From NCBI GenBank assembly GCA_000934665.2, contig JYFJ02001225.1, forward strand, positions 62,001 to 86,583: a DNA stretch of 24,583 nt, written 5' to 3'. Both the position numbers and the translations under genes were made by a program. Of this stretch, positions 9,741 to 21,144 are shown one piece after another; position 1 is the first letter of the stretch, and each line of letters begins with the position of its first letter. The stretch comes from Catajapyx aquilonaris. Its lineage: Eukaryota. Under the pieces are notes generated by a model. It had not been told where the DNA came from. It made no database searches and saw only the letters and a list, made by a program, of their open reading frames with translations.

Positions 9741-12700
9741 TGCCCTGTGCGCAGCCAATTATGTGGATTCATCGAGTTCCTAGCATCCCTCGACACCGCA
9801 CATAACTAGGCTGACTATACAGGAAGAGTAATCCGAACTGCACTGGATGCCGAGTGAATTATTTCACATTACTGTTACAATGTCTTTATCAAGGTTGCTT
9901 CTAAATCCTCACACGTGTTCAGGGATAATGAATTATGCACATACTTAGGGACAGTTGTCATGTTGTGGTTGCTTTCACAGCCCTCAGCATGAAAAGGGCA
10001 ATGTGTGTGTTGCTGATTTGTATAGTTGTACATCAATAGGTTGTATATTTTAAAGGCACAGTACTTGCCAGTTTCAGTGAGTGGAATATTAAATAGTGGG
10101 TGGTAGCTACGCCATTTGGCATTGTTTCAGTTCAACGAAGACTTTTCAAGGTATTACTTGATGCTCCTATCACAAAGGCCACCATTTCGAATAGGAATGG
10201 TGCCAAATAAATATGATCGTTTGTCTTCTAGACTTTTACCATTTACGTGAAAAAGCGACATACATTTTCCTGAGGATGCACAACTAATCCAGTGAATCCA
10301 ACATGTCTCAAAGTCAGTTTTATTACTTCTGATAAGTGTTTTTATCGTGCATAAACCTGAATCAGAGGACAATAAGCTAATAAACCCCATTTTGCGCAAA
10401 CCTGCATTCCAATTGCGACAAATTTTACACGTTGGGCACAATAAGTGACATTCATGATGACACCAAAACACTAAACCTATCAGTTTAGGATTTATTCAAA
10501 TGTGCATCCTGATTCATGGGGTAGTAGCAGTCAATGTAGAAATGAGAGAAAGTAGGAATTCTATTAGAAAAACAAAGTACCACTTTAGTCAACACACCAT
10601 TCTAACATATTACTGTGCAACAATTTTTCATTGTAACATGTAGTACTTGTGGAAATTAGCAATGCATTTGCATTTTGTTTGGTTGTAACGTAAGTCCCCT
10701 ATTCTGTATTGGTCACTATATTGGCCACAAGTGGCATACATAAATAATATTTAAAGTTCTGAAAATAATTTGAATTACTCTTACATGTCACTTTTTTTTT
10801 TTTGCTGAAAGATGCACCAGAAGAATAATCACCTGACAAGACTAACTCTATGCAGCCATTTCACACACAACTTATCATAATGCATTTGAGTCAAATGGAC
10901 TGTGTCAAATGTCAACCTCCAATCATTTCGTCCAAAAATCTTGCATGCATTAAACGCCATTTTCTCCATTTCTGTGCTTTTGTACGCCTTTCTATGCTTG
11001 GAACTCGACTGCGATAAAATAGTCAAATCAATTTTTTAATCTGGTCCTATTCATGGTTAAGATATCAATATCCACATTCCCATTTGACAATTCTTAGAAA
11101 CCACTCAACTCAAAATTTACTTACTCACCCATGGGTGTAAACAATTAATAACAGAACATTATTTCTTTCATCTGCATGATTGTGTCTTGAGTATCATTAT
11201 CATTGTTATTTGAAGGCCTACAAAAGCATTCACATTACAGGATACCAGTTACTGACAATATAACAATGCATACAATAATGTCAATGTTCTCTACACTACA
11301 GCATACCCCCATTACCCATTTCATGGCTTATGAATCAAGTATTCATCTCACTAACCAGCAGGTCAATGTTCCTGATCATATGTGGTCAAAACTTAAATAT
11401 CCGTAACTTACAAAGAGATGTTCCATCTTTGCTTAGATGCACGTGTATTCCACTACAGTATATTCCAGCCGTGAACACTTGATTTACACAAATGGGCCCC
11501 CAGTGTTGCAACAGCTATAAATCTTGCTCATGGTCAAGCCAAGTACACAGCCCACACACTGCCAATTTTGATATTCACTCCCCACTAGTATGTTTTCCTC
11601 AAGTTTGCTGAAACACACCAAACCCCATTCATTAAAAACCTGTCCTAATACTGCATGGCCACTAACATTAGCCCAAACAATGCAACATCTCCCATTTCAT
11701 GGCAATATTTCTAAAACAAAGCCATTGCAAAATGCCTTTCAGCCATTTGTCAAGCCTGAAAATCCATGAACCCTGCAGTCACACTATTGTGTACAAAAAT
11801 TTGAATCCATTTTTAAAATGCAACACACATTTACTTTGATCTTTGACATGTAATGAACCTTGATAAAATTGTCTGCAACACTGCCCATCTTCAGGATAAA
11901 CATGACAGAGCCGGCTATGCAGGATGATAGAATAGGTGACCATAACGACTGGCTTTCACATGCCTCTCCCCCACCAATGCAGATATAAACAAGTCGCAGG
12001 TAATTAATAATACCAGGGCGACTACATGTTGGTGACAAAGTAGTGAGAACGAATTTGTTGCATATGAATAATGCATTAAACCAAGTATGAAGCTGTGGTT
12101 GTCAGGTCCAGGAGTACAAACTCAGCATTGATCTGGCACTCTTCGATTCATCAATGAAGGATCTTAGTTATTATCCCTTGAAGTAATGTAAACACCGCCA
12201 TATTTCGGTTACATGTCACAAAACCCAAGTACTGTACTTCTCAGACCCTTGAGCTTCCTTCCTTTTTCTCTCCCCTCTTCTCCCCTCCACCACCCCAAGC
12301 AAAATCCCCAGTCTTTGTGACTTTTATTTGCCCCAAGAGGCAGGTGCCTCCTTGGGAAAAAGGCCCTGCAGCAACGGCGTGCACGCTGTCACCTTCCTTC
12401 CNCACAGCCACGCCAAAACTACCCCCAATTTTTTTTTTCCTTTGTGCTGCTAGTCGCCCCCCCTCTTTCCAACTTGTTGCTAGCACTAGCCTTCCCTCTC
12501 CCCATCCTCTCCCTACCCTCCCCACTGCCGACCCTACAGATCATTGATCCGACGGGGGCCCCCTGAGTGTCCAAAAACCAGGGGTGGGGTTGTCGCCACT
12601 GGTAAAATCTCTCTCTTGTTCAGGCCGCATGTTAGGCCTAGCCACACTCCCCCTCACTTATGCCCAACGTTCAAACACAACAAAGTGATCACACAATGTA

Positions 12701-12746
12701 CTCAGCCTTATAATAATGTCACAATGCGAATGGCCAACAATGTATA

Positions 12747-12921
12747 CAGGGGTGTATCAAGTTCGTTGGGGCCTTTTATAATATGTTATAGTATGTGGTA
12801 GGAAATTTCACCTGAAGCTGCTGCTATTATTATTTTTTTTGTTGCTCATTGTAGCACCTGAGAGTACTGAGGCATAACGGGCTTTGAGCGAAATTTCCTA
12901 TAACCAAACTGCATTACCCTG
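12747..12921. mobile_element. Degenerate Tc1/mariner-type MITE
   Basis: The ends TA-CAGGGGTG ... TACCCTG-CA are mariner-like. An internal inverted pair links taggaaatttcacctgaagc (12799-12818) with the rc of 12881-12900 (taggaaatttcgctcaaagc). Confidence 0.3.
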
Positions 12922-12997
12922 CATACTGTAAATAACTGGCTGCCCAATTTCTTGAACAGTGTGGTTCAAATATAACTTTATGATGATTTATTATAAC

Positions 12998-13110
12998 GAG
13001 TACGTTGCTAAACATCAGCGCTGTCAGTACTGCTGAGCTCTCCTATTGGTTACTGCTTATTGTTACCTGTTCATTTCTCTGCGGCAGCCACTGAGTTTAG
13101 CAGCGTACTC
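12998..13110. mobile_element. Unclassified inverted-repeat element (~28-bp arms)
   Basis: gagtacgttgctaaacatcagcgctgtc (12998-13025) matches the rc of 13083-13110 (gagtacgctgctaaactcagtggctgcc). No clear TSD. Confidence 0.55.
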
Positions 13111-13169
13111 AATAGTACAATGTTAACTTTATAATAAGTCCGGGGCAGATTGTTAGCTCCAACAACCTA

Positions 13170-14300
13170 GCTACAAAGCAACACTGCATTTCGAAGGTTG
13201 CTGGAGCAAACAATGGAAACAAGTGGGAAAAAAATCAAAATGGCGCTCTTTTTTTTTGGTTTTTAGTTCCCAATGTTGACATTTTTTGGTGATGGGCTCG
13301 AGAAAACCGACGCTGTTTGTTTGAGAACAGCCAGTGTTGCCAACCGCAATGCTCAAGACACACTAACTGGCTACACTTTTGTTCATTGTCTGGGAAAAAT
13401 TGTTTGGGCGCCAACCCGGCACGTTTCGGGGGCTCCCCCCCTCCTCCAAAACATGTCCGGTTCGTGCCACATCCGCGCCACCTTCTGAGGGAGTTTGAGA
13501 GGGAGAGGCCATCGCCCAAACGGCATGTCAGGCCTAGCTTCTTTGTCAACCCCCCCTCCCACCTCCCCCGTTTCCCTTCCTCTCCTCCGAACACTTAATA
13601 ATTCGATCCCAAACCCTTTTAATATTTTCGGTGTGTAATTTCTCTCTCACCATATCGGCAGCAGCGGGCAGCTCCTTCATCTCCCGGCGTCGGGCTTCCC
13701 TCCTCCTGCCCCCCCTCCTGTCTGCCGCCCTCCCCTTTCTTTCTCTCTAGTTACGGTGTGTGTGTGTGTGTGGTTGGAACTACTGGCGTGCGCACCCCGC
13801 GTCCCTCTCACACTGACCGGCACATTCACTTCACTCACTCTGGGGCAAAGCACCCAGGGGCGGACCCAGGAGACTACTAAGGGGGGGAAGGCGAAAAAGC
13901 AGCCGGGGTGGGCCCGCACCCCGCACAACTCGAAGCCTCCACCGAACAAAGAGCTTCGCCCCACCGACCGTCCCCCGCTCTACACTCTCTACCCAAAAAG
14001 TAGGGAGGCGGGAGGGTGGTGGTGGCGGGTGGGGGAGAGGGGGGAAACAGGCTAGCCAATCCGGCTGCGGGAGTCTCCCTCCTCCAACCCAATGTTCCCA
14101 CCCCCTCTCGCCCCCCCACACACTCTTTTTTTTCTTTCGTGTAACGCCGCTCGGGTGCGTTCCTGTCGCCAACGTGCGGATACGGTCGAATCCTGCGGCT
14201 GTGGAGAGAGGTCAAAGGTCGCGTGTCCTCCAAACACACCACCAAAAAAATATGGGCTGACAAAAGATAGCCACGATACGGATGTGCAGCAGTTCAAATA
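13170..14300. other. Probable low-quality sequence or contig junction (one of several such blocks)
   Basis: There is an abrupt shift to GC-rich, strand-skewed, C- and G-run-rich sequence. Similar blocks occur at ~330-1030, 2690-3250, 4740-5150, 6510-7680 (N at 7671), 12240-12670 (N at 12402), 17830-18360, 21800-22430 and 24520-24583. Confidence 0.65.
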
Positions 14301-14335
14301 TAAATTAGCAAATTAAATTAGTTGGTAAAATACGT

Positions 14336-14971
14336 ACAATCACTTCGGTACTCCGGTGTACACCTGCAAGTGGTACAGTACTCCTCAGGTACCTCACTCT
14401 TTGGTACTCCAGTGTACACTTTTCAGTTGAGTGGAAAAATATGTAAATCAATAGGCGGTTTTCCGGGAGCCCGGAAAATTTATCCGGCCGAAAAAAAGAG
14501 CCAGGATAGTTTGCTATTCATTGTTGACGGCATTGTTGACAACAATGGACAATCACTTCGGTACTCCGGTGTACACCTGCAAGTGGTACTCCAGTGTACA
14601 CTTTTCAGTCGAGTGAAAAATATGTAAATCAATAGGTAACTAAAGGCGGGTTGCGCCGGCTACCAGAAAAATTTATCCGGCCGAAAAAAAAGAGCCAGGA
14701 TAGTTTGCTATTCATTGTTGACGGCATTGTTTACAACAATGGACAATCACTTCGGTACTCCGGTGTACACCTGCAAATGGTACTCCTCAGGTACCTCACT
14801 CTTTGGTACTCCAGTGTACACTTTTCAGTTGAGTGATTACCCCCCCCCCCTCGGTAAAATATGTAAATCAATAGGTAACTAAAGGCGGGTTGCACCGGCT
14901 ACCAGAAAAATTCATCCGGCCGAAAAATGAGCCAGGATAGCTTGCTATTCATTGTTGACAACAATGGACAA
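14336..14971. repeat. Tandem triplication, unit ~194-228 bp (flank plus left half of a MITE)
   Basis: caatcacttcggtactccggtgtacacctgcaa starts at 14337, 14550 and 14744. Each unit ends in ...gagccaggatag(t/c)ttgctattcattgttgac...aacaatgga. Confidence 0.95.
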
Positions 14972-15036
14972 CAAACCTATCCTGGCTCCTTTTTCCAGAC
15001 GGATAAATTTTTCTGGGAGCCCAGTGCAACATGGGC
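14883..15036. mobile_element. PIF/Harbinger-type palindromic MITE, TAA TSD
   Basis: The left arm ggcgggttgcaccggctaccagaaaaattcatccggccgaaaaatgagccaggatag...cattgttg mirrors the right arm caacaatg...ctatcctggctcctttttccagacggataaatttttctgggagcccagtgcaac. TAA lies at 14880-14882 and 15037-15039. Confidence 0.8.
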
Positions 15037-15067
15037 TAAATAAACTGGTAAATTAGTAAATATGTCG

Positions 15068-15123
15068 ATAGGCAAATTAGTTGAGTAAATCAATAGGCAA
15101 ATTAGTTGAGTAAAATTAATAGG
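15068..15123. repeat. 25-bp tandem repeat, ~2.2 copies (ataggcaaattagttgagtaaatca)
   Basis: Copies start at 15068 and 15093. Related degenerate words occur at 14300-14330 and 15411-15430. Confidence 0.85.
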
Positions 15124-15130
15124 TAAATAA

Positions 15131-15245
15131 GGTTTCCAGTTTTCACCGCGGTCGGCATTGTAACTTAGAACCTCGGTTTATAAACAAGAATTTGCCATTG
15201 CAACCATTGTTTGTCAACAATGAGAAACTGAGGATTTGTCGAAAG
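15131..15245. mobile_element. Diverged, truncated inverted copy of the 15437-15573 MITE
   Basis: ggtttccagttttcaccgcggtc...gtaacttagaacctcggtt..aacaagaatt..cattgcaaccattgtttgtcaacaa..aaactgaggatttgtcgaaa aligns to the rc of 15463-15573. It is preceded by TAA (15128-15130). Confidence 0.75.
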
Positions 15246-15436
15246 GGAACTCGAATTTATCATTGTACGGAAAACGAGAGAACGATCTGACGTCGTCGTT
15301 TCCTTCATTGTTGCCTTTTTTTTGTTGACACCGTTTACTCGTCTCGTTCTGCGAGAGTATCTCCGTGGAAACCTCGATGGCCTCAGATCGTTCTCTCATT
15401 TTTCGTATGTTAGCAAGTAAATTAATAGGTACGTAA

Positions 15437-15573
15437 GGGCCAGTTTCACCGAGCTCCATTTCTTTTCGACAAATCCTCAGTTTTTATTGTTGACAACAAT
15501 GGTTGCAATGCTATGGCAACGAATTCTTGTTATAACCGAGGTTCTAAGTTACTGAGCTCGGTGAAACTGGCCC
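15437..15573. mobile_element. PIF/Harbinger (Tourist-like) MITE, 137 bp, perfect 20-bp TIRs, TAA TSD
   Basis: gggccagtttcaccgagctc (15437-15456) and gagctcggtgaaactggccc (15554-15573) are exact reverse complements. TAA lies at 15434-15436 and 15574-15576. Confidence 0.92.
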
Positions 15574-17125
15574 TAAGTGGGTAAATAAATAATTACCGTA
15601 ATTATTAAGCAGTTCGAATAAATCTCGTTGCAACCAGAACTGGACTGGTGCCAATTCCAGAAGAAATGGGCAGTAATTCTGAACGAAACATTTTGCGAGA
15701 TAGGTAATCGCATCGTACACTATAATCCGACAACAATGGGCATCGCTCTAAATTAATGCGCAAATTCTGGATCTTCTGCTGTCGGTTTTTAAAATGTGAA
15801 AATTGCAATGGCTGGTCAGAATCAGAATGAGATGTTACGCACCGCTTCAGGGTGCAGGTTTGCGTATATTTGCTTTGCGCATATTGCCAGTAGAACCGGA
15901 CACATTGGTAAAAAACAAAGGGCGATAAATGCCCTAGCACACACACACACCAAGGCTAATGTACGCATTTCGCTCCCAACAGCTTCGTCAAAAATTCCTA
16001 TATTGCACTTTGCCTTTGTACACCACGATGGCCGAGAGGCAAGTTGCTGAGTAATTGGTGTCCAGTATCAGCCGCAACTGGTAACCATTGTAATACTAAA
16101 CAAAATATTGGTAACCATTCCTTGATAACCACAGGGTGGTCCGTTGCCTAAGTTCAAAAAGGAAGATACGGACTGTTTTTCACAGCAACGCATTGGAAGG
16201 ACGAATTGTATGACTCAAGATGTCTGTGGAAAGGGTTTTTGATTGACAGGCTCCCTCTCCACCCTCATTTTGATGACAAGAATTGACAGGTAAAATGGTA
16301 GAATCGGACATTGCCGCCCCAACTCCCGACATGCCGCCCACATTCGGTAACTAGAGTAGACCACATAAGATGTTTGTCAGTGGAACAATTGCAACTTGAT
16401 AATCTTTCCAGGTGAAGGTCAATAGTATCGCTGGCACAAAGATATTCTGTTATGGATACCACAAGATGCCCCCATTCCAGCCTGCTTGGGAACCGCCGGA
16501 CAATGCACACTAGGCAAAAAAGGCGCTCGGCATGAAATTTCTGCCGAGTCCGTTGCGAGCTGTGGGGGCCATTCAATGCCAGGCACTTTTCCTATTACCC
16601 CCATACATTTGCATGCAGTTCTGAATAATGACAATAATGCGTACACATGTTGCTGTGCACTTTCAATGCTTATAAAATATCAATTGCTGATACACATGAT
16701 GACATAATAAAAATTCTTTCTCAGCAGAAATGTATGACAGCTGTCTCCTCAGTTTACAACCATTATCACATCAAAGCAAACTGTTGCCTAGTGCTTTATC
16801 AAAACAATGACAAGCTAAAATCAATTTAAAAATAGCTGGTGCAACTATTAGAACCAGCACCATGACGTAGCTCGTCTTACGCATGCTATACATGCTCTTA
16901 AAAACGGAATAATAAAAAGCTTGTGTGCAAGCCTGATGCATTTTTCCCTGTGCAAAGTGCATGAAGGTCATCCATGCTGAAAACGCAGGGTGGAATCAAG
17001 ATTGTTCACTCCACGCCAATTCACGGTCTGTTGCTTAATTAGAAATAAGCTCTTCATTACTGTCTCGGCCACAATTATTGTCTGACTCGAGCCATAATTT
17101 TACCAACACTTAGAAATTCTCATAC

Positions 17126-17137
17126 CTGAACCGCCAT
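17126..17137 (-). CDS. Candidate alternative first coding exon of pumilio (MAVQ, phase 0)
   Basis: The minus strand reads caaaacATGGCGGTTCAG/GTATGA, a strong start context followed by a good donor. The phase is compatible with the 1244-1136 exon. No homology support. Confidence 0.25.
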
Positions 17138-19986
17138 GTTTTGACACAGACACTTACGCTACGAAAGATGATTCCTCTAATTTCCCAAAGTAATAAGCAA
17201 ACAAGACACTGTTGGCTCCCCAAAACGCAACTGCCATCAAAATGTAACACACTTTGCACACATCTCAAGGAATTTTCTGTTATACTGTACTACATATCCA
17301 GCTAGTGAGCATGATTACTGATAAGATGAAATAATAAAAAAATGGGTGCAGAAGAAGACAGGGTGAGCAAATGCAAGCTAAAGCAAACACATGGTTACTG
17401 CAACAGTACTGATAAAAATATCGCATAAATACTGACAGCTCTGTTGCACAATTAATGTGTCTATTTCTCATTGCTTTATACCCAGTATTCAATAGGATAT
17501 ATATTCGGCAAGTGGTATGAATGATTACACATCAGCTCTCCTTATACGCATGCAAATCCACTCCTTATAGAATCAAATTTATCGGGAGTGAATTAACACA
17601 ACCCGTTGTCATTGTAATTTAACTTTTAAATTTTCAATACCAAGTGCAGGTGAGAACATACAATATAGTTCTTCATGGCACCTGGAGTGTAGCCAAGTAT
17701 ATTTTGTCCCCACCTCCGATAAGACTGCAGCATCATTATGTGCAGTGAGATCACGCCAATCCTGCTTGAATAATATTCTCATCAATTTTTCTGCTCCACA
17801 ACCTTGCATTAGTGTTAGTTTTCACCGCCCCGTTCAAAATAATTGCCCCATCATTTACGGCCCAAAAATGGACTTTACGCAACAGCCACCATTTCCTGCA
17901 GCTTACATTGGTTCGGACAGCCCCTGTACTTTCGCCCATTACAATTACGAGCTCAAAGAAGCGCGGCCCATAACCCAGCCCAACCTAAGATGGAGACGAG
18001 CAGGTTTCCAACAGAGCAACTTCCATGGTAACAAGCATGGCTGGTCCAACTCTCAACTCACTCCCCCCCTCCCCTCCTTTACCATTTTCTCTGGGCCGTT
18101 GAACCACCAAGGCCAACCCCCCCTCCTCTACGAACCACCTCCCACCTTCTTCTACCTGCTCATCCACCCCACCACCCACTTTTTGGTACCTTTACTAATG
18201 TTTACTTGCAGCTGCACTTTCTTCCTCCTGCCAAGGCCATGGACACTTTCCCTTCAAACATTTTTTCTTTTTTCTTTCTTCACCTTGATCCTCTTTGAGT
18301 CTCCTCCTTGCCTACTTTTTTTTTTCCAAGCACACCTCACCACCCCATTTTGTACTCATTAAGATTTGCAACATATGTTGCAGGTGTGCCTGTTGCATGA
18401 ATCATTATATCACATTCACCGGTGTATCAATTTATTTCTACAGTTTTCCATTTCGTAATCATGTAAATTACAGATCTCTACGTTTCACAGTGTAATCATA
18501 CTCAAGTAACGGGCAAAAAACAATTATTTTTTTCCCACTCGCACTTTACTATCACTGGGGGAATCCCACAATATTTACAACCCTGCACGGAATGACATTC
18601 AGAACATTTTGATAAACAAACTCGGCATGTTTTGCTCATGTTTGTTATTCGCTACAACATAATATAGCCTCACCACTATAGACTTGCTCATTTGTGACTC
18701 AGAGAAGCATATTTTTTCCCACAAATGTCTCTTATAAGTTAATCTCATACTATTTTTCGCAAGCGTTTTAAAATTATTTGACTGCACTTTGCATGCTTCT
18801 TGCGCAACATGACAGTCAGAGTATCTCTTTTTTTTTGCATATGATCTGGTAGGCTAATCTACTTTCCACATACGTTTAATTAATCATTTTACTTCGCAGC
18901 TCGTGCAAAACATGGACTTTGTCATGATTCGCTCATACCTTCTGCATAAATAATTTAAAACCTCAGGAAAAAGTCCCCATCATTGCATACTTCTTTTCCA
19001 AGTAAATTCTTTATGGGGCAATTAGGCAGTTCAGCGAACTGGTACTTGAAACGCGGATATTTCAGTATGACAACATTAATGTCACCATAAATATAATTAT
19101 GATAATAAAATTTGCATACAGTGATAAGTGTGCTTGGGGCCCTTTCAGGGGATCATTTCATAAACACCTCTCAGTATTCAATTTCTGAGCTATTCATATA
19201 TTTATACTGTGTGAGAAAAACCGAAGAACCCCAAGAAAACCTACTCAATTATGGAGAGAATCCATCATGACCTTTCTCGCATGAAATCTTTAGTCCGACC
19301 ATGGGATCAGATGTGGAAGGCTGTTTACGTTAACCTTTACACACTCCCTCCTTCAATGGCACAAGTATTTTCAAAAAAAAAAAAAAAGAACTTCTCAGTT
19401 GTGGAAGTACAACAGCATTTCCTACACAATTATGTGAAGCCTGTGTAAACGTTTTTTGGATGATGTTAGCATGCTCTCCGTATGACCTTCGAAATTTGGT
19501 CAGTTACTTCTGCAAGTTAATAAGACAATAATTATTTTTCTCTCCAAGAAAATTGAGAAATCTTACTGTTAGGATCCTCTTAATGACAATTACACTGGTG
19601 CGTGTAATGCAAATAGAGATAATTGCTTCACACATGTTTTCGCAAGATTACATGTTAACTTGTCCTCTTAGGTGCCCATTATAATCTTCATATTTTGGGA
19701 TTTAGCCTGAATGAAAGTGCCATTTTGATTCACAATTTAGAACAAAGAAGTAGGTCGCAAGCACTGCAGACAACTAATGGCGGTTCCTGTTTCACAAGAG
19801 TCTTGCATTGTGATGCTGGCTCTGTGCCCAAATCTGATTCATCCAAAGTGTCCATTCAACTACAGTGGGAAGCTCTTTACATAAATACAATATTGCAAAT
19901 GACAATTTGAAATAGTGTTGCAGATGCGCCGCCACAACTGAATGAAAATGCTGCACATAATAAAATGACAGGAAAAAGATACCCAC

Positions 19987-20145
19987 GTCTATGATGCTTT
20001 CGTCTCCGAGGGCCCACCGAGGATGCTGCTTGTTGAAGGAGGGGAAGTCTGGGTCTGCATGCGGCCGCTGAAACACATACCCAACCATGGCGTCATCTTG
20101 TGAGCGAGCCAACTGCGGACGAGACGCGTCCACGCCTGCGTGTTG
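19987..20145 (-). CDS. pum: Pumilio coding exon (159 nt, phase 0 to 0): QHAGVDASRPQLARSQDDAMVGYVFQRPHADPDFPSFNKQHPRWALGDESIID
   Basis: RSQDDAMVGYVFQR and RWxxGD match the Pumilio N-terminal conserved motif (human PUM1 RSQDDAMVDYFFQR...HRWPTGD, recalled). Acceptor gtccggttgcAG and donor gac/GTgggt. Confidence 0.96.
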
Positions 20146-20406
20146 CTGCAACCGGACACAACCACACATGCAAGGTTCACTACTTCCGATTTTTCACACA
20201 ACACTTACAGGAATCTACTCATCTACTGCTTGAGTGGCCAAAGGTGCACGTCTCAATGGAACTTAACATGGTTCATGATTCTAATGGTTGTTAAAATCTA
20301 CACCAAGTTTTAAAATGGAAACAACATTTGTGAATGTGAGTTTTATCGTAGCACCTTTGGTTACTAGCAAAGTGCAAGGAATTTATGCTGCTGAATCCGC
20401 ACTGAC

Positions 20407-20502
20407 CTGTTGCCTGATTGGCTGAGGTGAAGTCATGTGCCCATTCCCATGGCTCAACATGCCGCTCGCTTCTTCTGGCAAGTCTCCGGCCAGCCACTTC
20501 AT
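20407..20502 (-). CDS. pum: Pumilio first coding exon (exon 20514-20407): MKWLAGDLPEEASGMLSHGNGHMTSPQPIRQQ
   Basis: Acceptor ataatttcAG (20516-20515) and an in-frame TAA directly before the ATG. The donor cag/GTcagt is phase 0 and joins the RSQDDAM exon in frame across a 261-nt intron. An MKW/MKF start resembles arthropod Pumilio N-termini as I recall them. Confidence 0.88.
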
Positions 20503-21022
20503 TTAGCGCTCCTTCTGAAATTATATTTCGTATACATCAGTGACACGCATGAATACTTAGAAAATCATAAATGTGACTGATATTGCTGCATAGTCAGAAA
20601 AGAAAACCCATACTTCCAACGACAGTACCAAACACGCCGCATCTCCCAATTGATTTCATCACCCAGTAATCCATTAAAGACGGATTCCTAAATTTCAAGT
20701 ACGAAGCAAGTTCAGCCCATTGACTTCTACAGGGTTTAATTGCAGAAAACAAATTTACCATGCTGCTAGGCCCACCACAGCCTTCTTTATAGTAAAACAC
20801 AGTGCAATACCTCATTTTACGGCTTTACAGCGCTTCACTATTACAGCTTTTCCATCATTTTTGATCATTTTTTGCCTTGCTCAGGGATGGAAAAAGCGGT
20901 TCTTTTTCCATAAGGGCATGTGGAAAAAGAACCGCAGGCCTTGCTTTAATGACAAAATACAGCGAGTCGCAGCATTTTTAAATATATTATTTTTTTACGC
21001 TTACTTTGTCTTTCCAAGCCTG

Positions 21023-21144
21023 GGGGTGGATTCATCAAATGCCGTAAGCCAAATTTTCATCGTAACAGGTAGTAACCACAGATAACTATGGTTAAGACCA
21101 GTTACGACGAAAATTTGACTTACGACATTTGATGAATCCACCCC
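21023..21144. mobile_element. Near-perfect palindromic MITE, 122 bp (Harbinger-type, CWG-like TSD)
   Basis: ggggtggattcatcaaatgccgtaagccaaattttcatcgtaac matches the rc of the right arm at 41/44 positions, and symmetry continues to the centre. The flanks are CTG (21020-21022) and TTG (21145-21147). Confidence 0.85.

Noticed and set aside
10833..11008. Minus-strand 176-nt open segment with tttatcgcAG and ag/GTgatt as a pumilio exon
   Set aside because: It has no Pumilio similarity. It ends in phase 2, and I found no convincing phase 2-0 partner before the 1244 exon.
13171..14316. Cluster of overlapping ORFs on both strands
   Set aside because: The block is GC-rich and homopolymeric, and the products are low-complexity G/P/R sequences.
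14322..14836. ORFs with a repeated QSLRYSGVHLQ peptide
   Set aside because: They are a by-product of the DNA tandem repeat. Indels between units do not preserve a common frame.
16412..16513. Plus-strand terminal exon candidate (VKVNSIAGTKIFCYGYHKMPPFQPAWEPPDNAH*)
   Set aside because: The acceptor is good, but 33 codons with no recognisable homology or partner exons is expected by chance.
17745..18362. Longest tracked ORF (205 aa)
   Set aside because: It runs through a C/T-skewed, probably low-quality block where stops are depleted. The P/F/L-rich product has no domain character.
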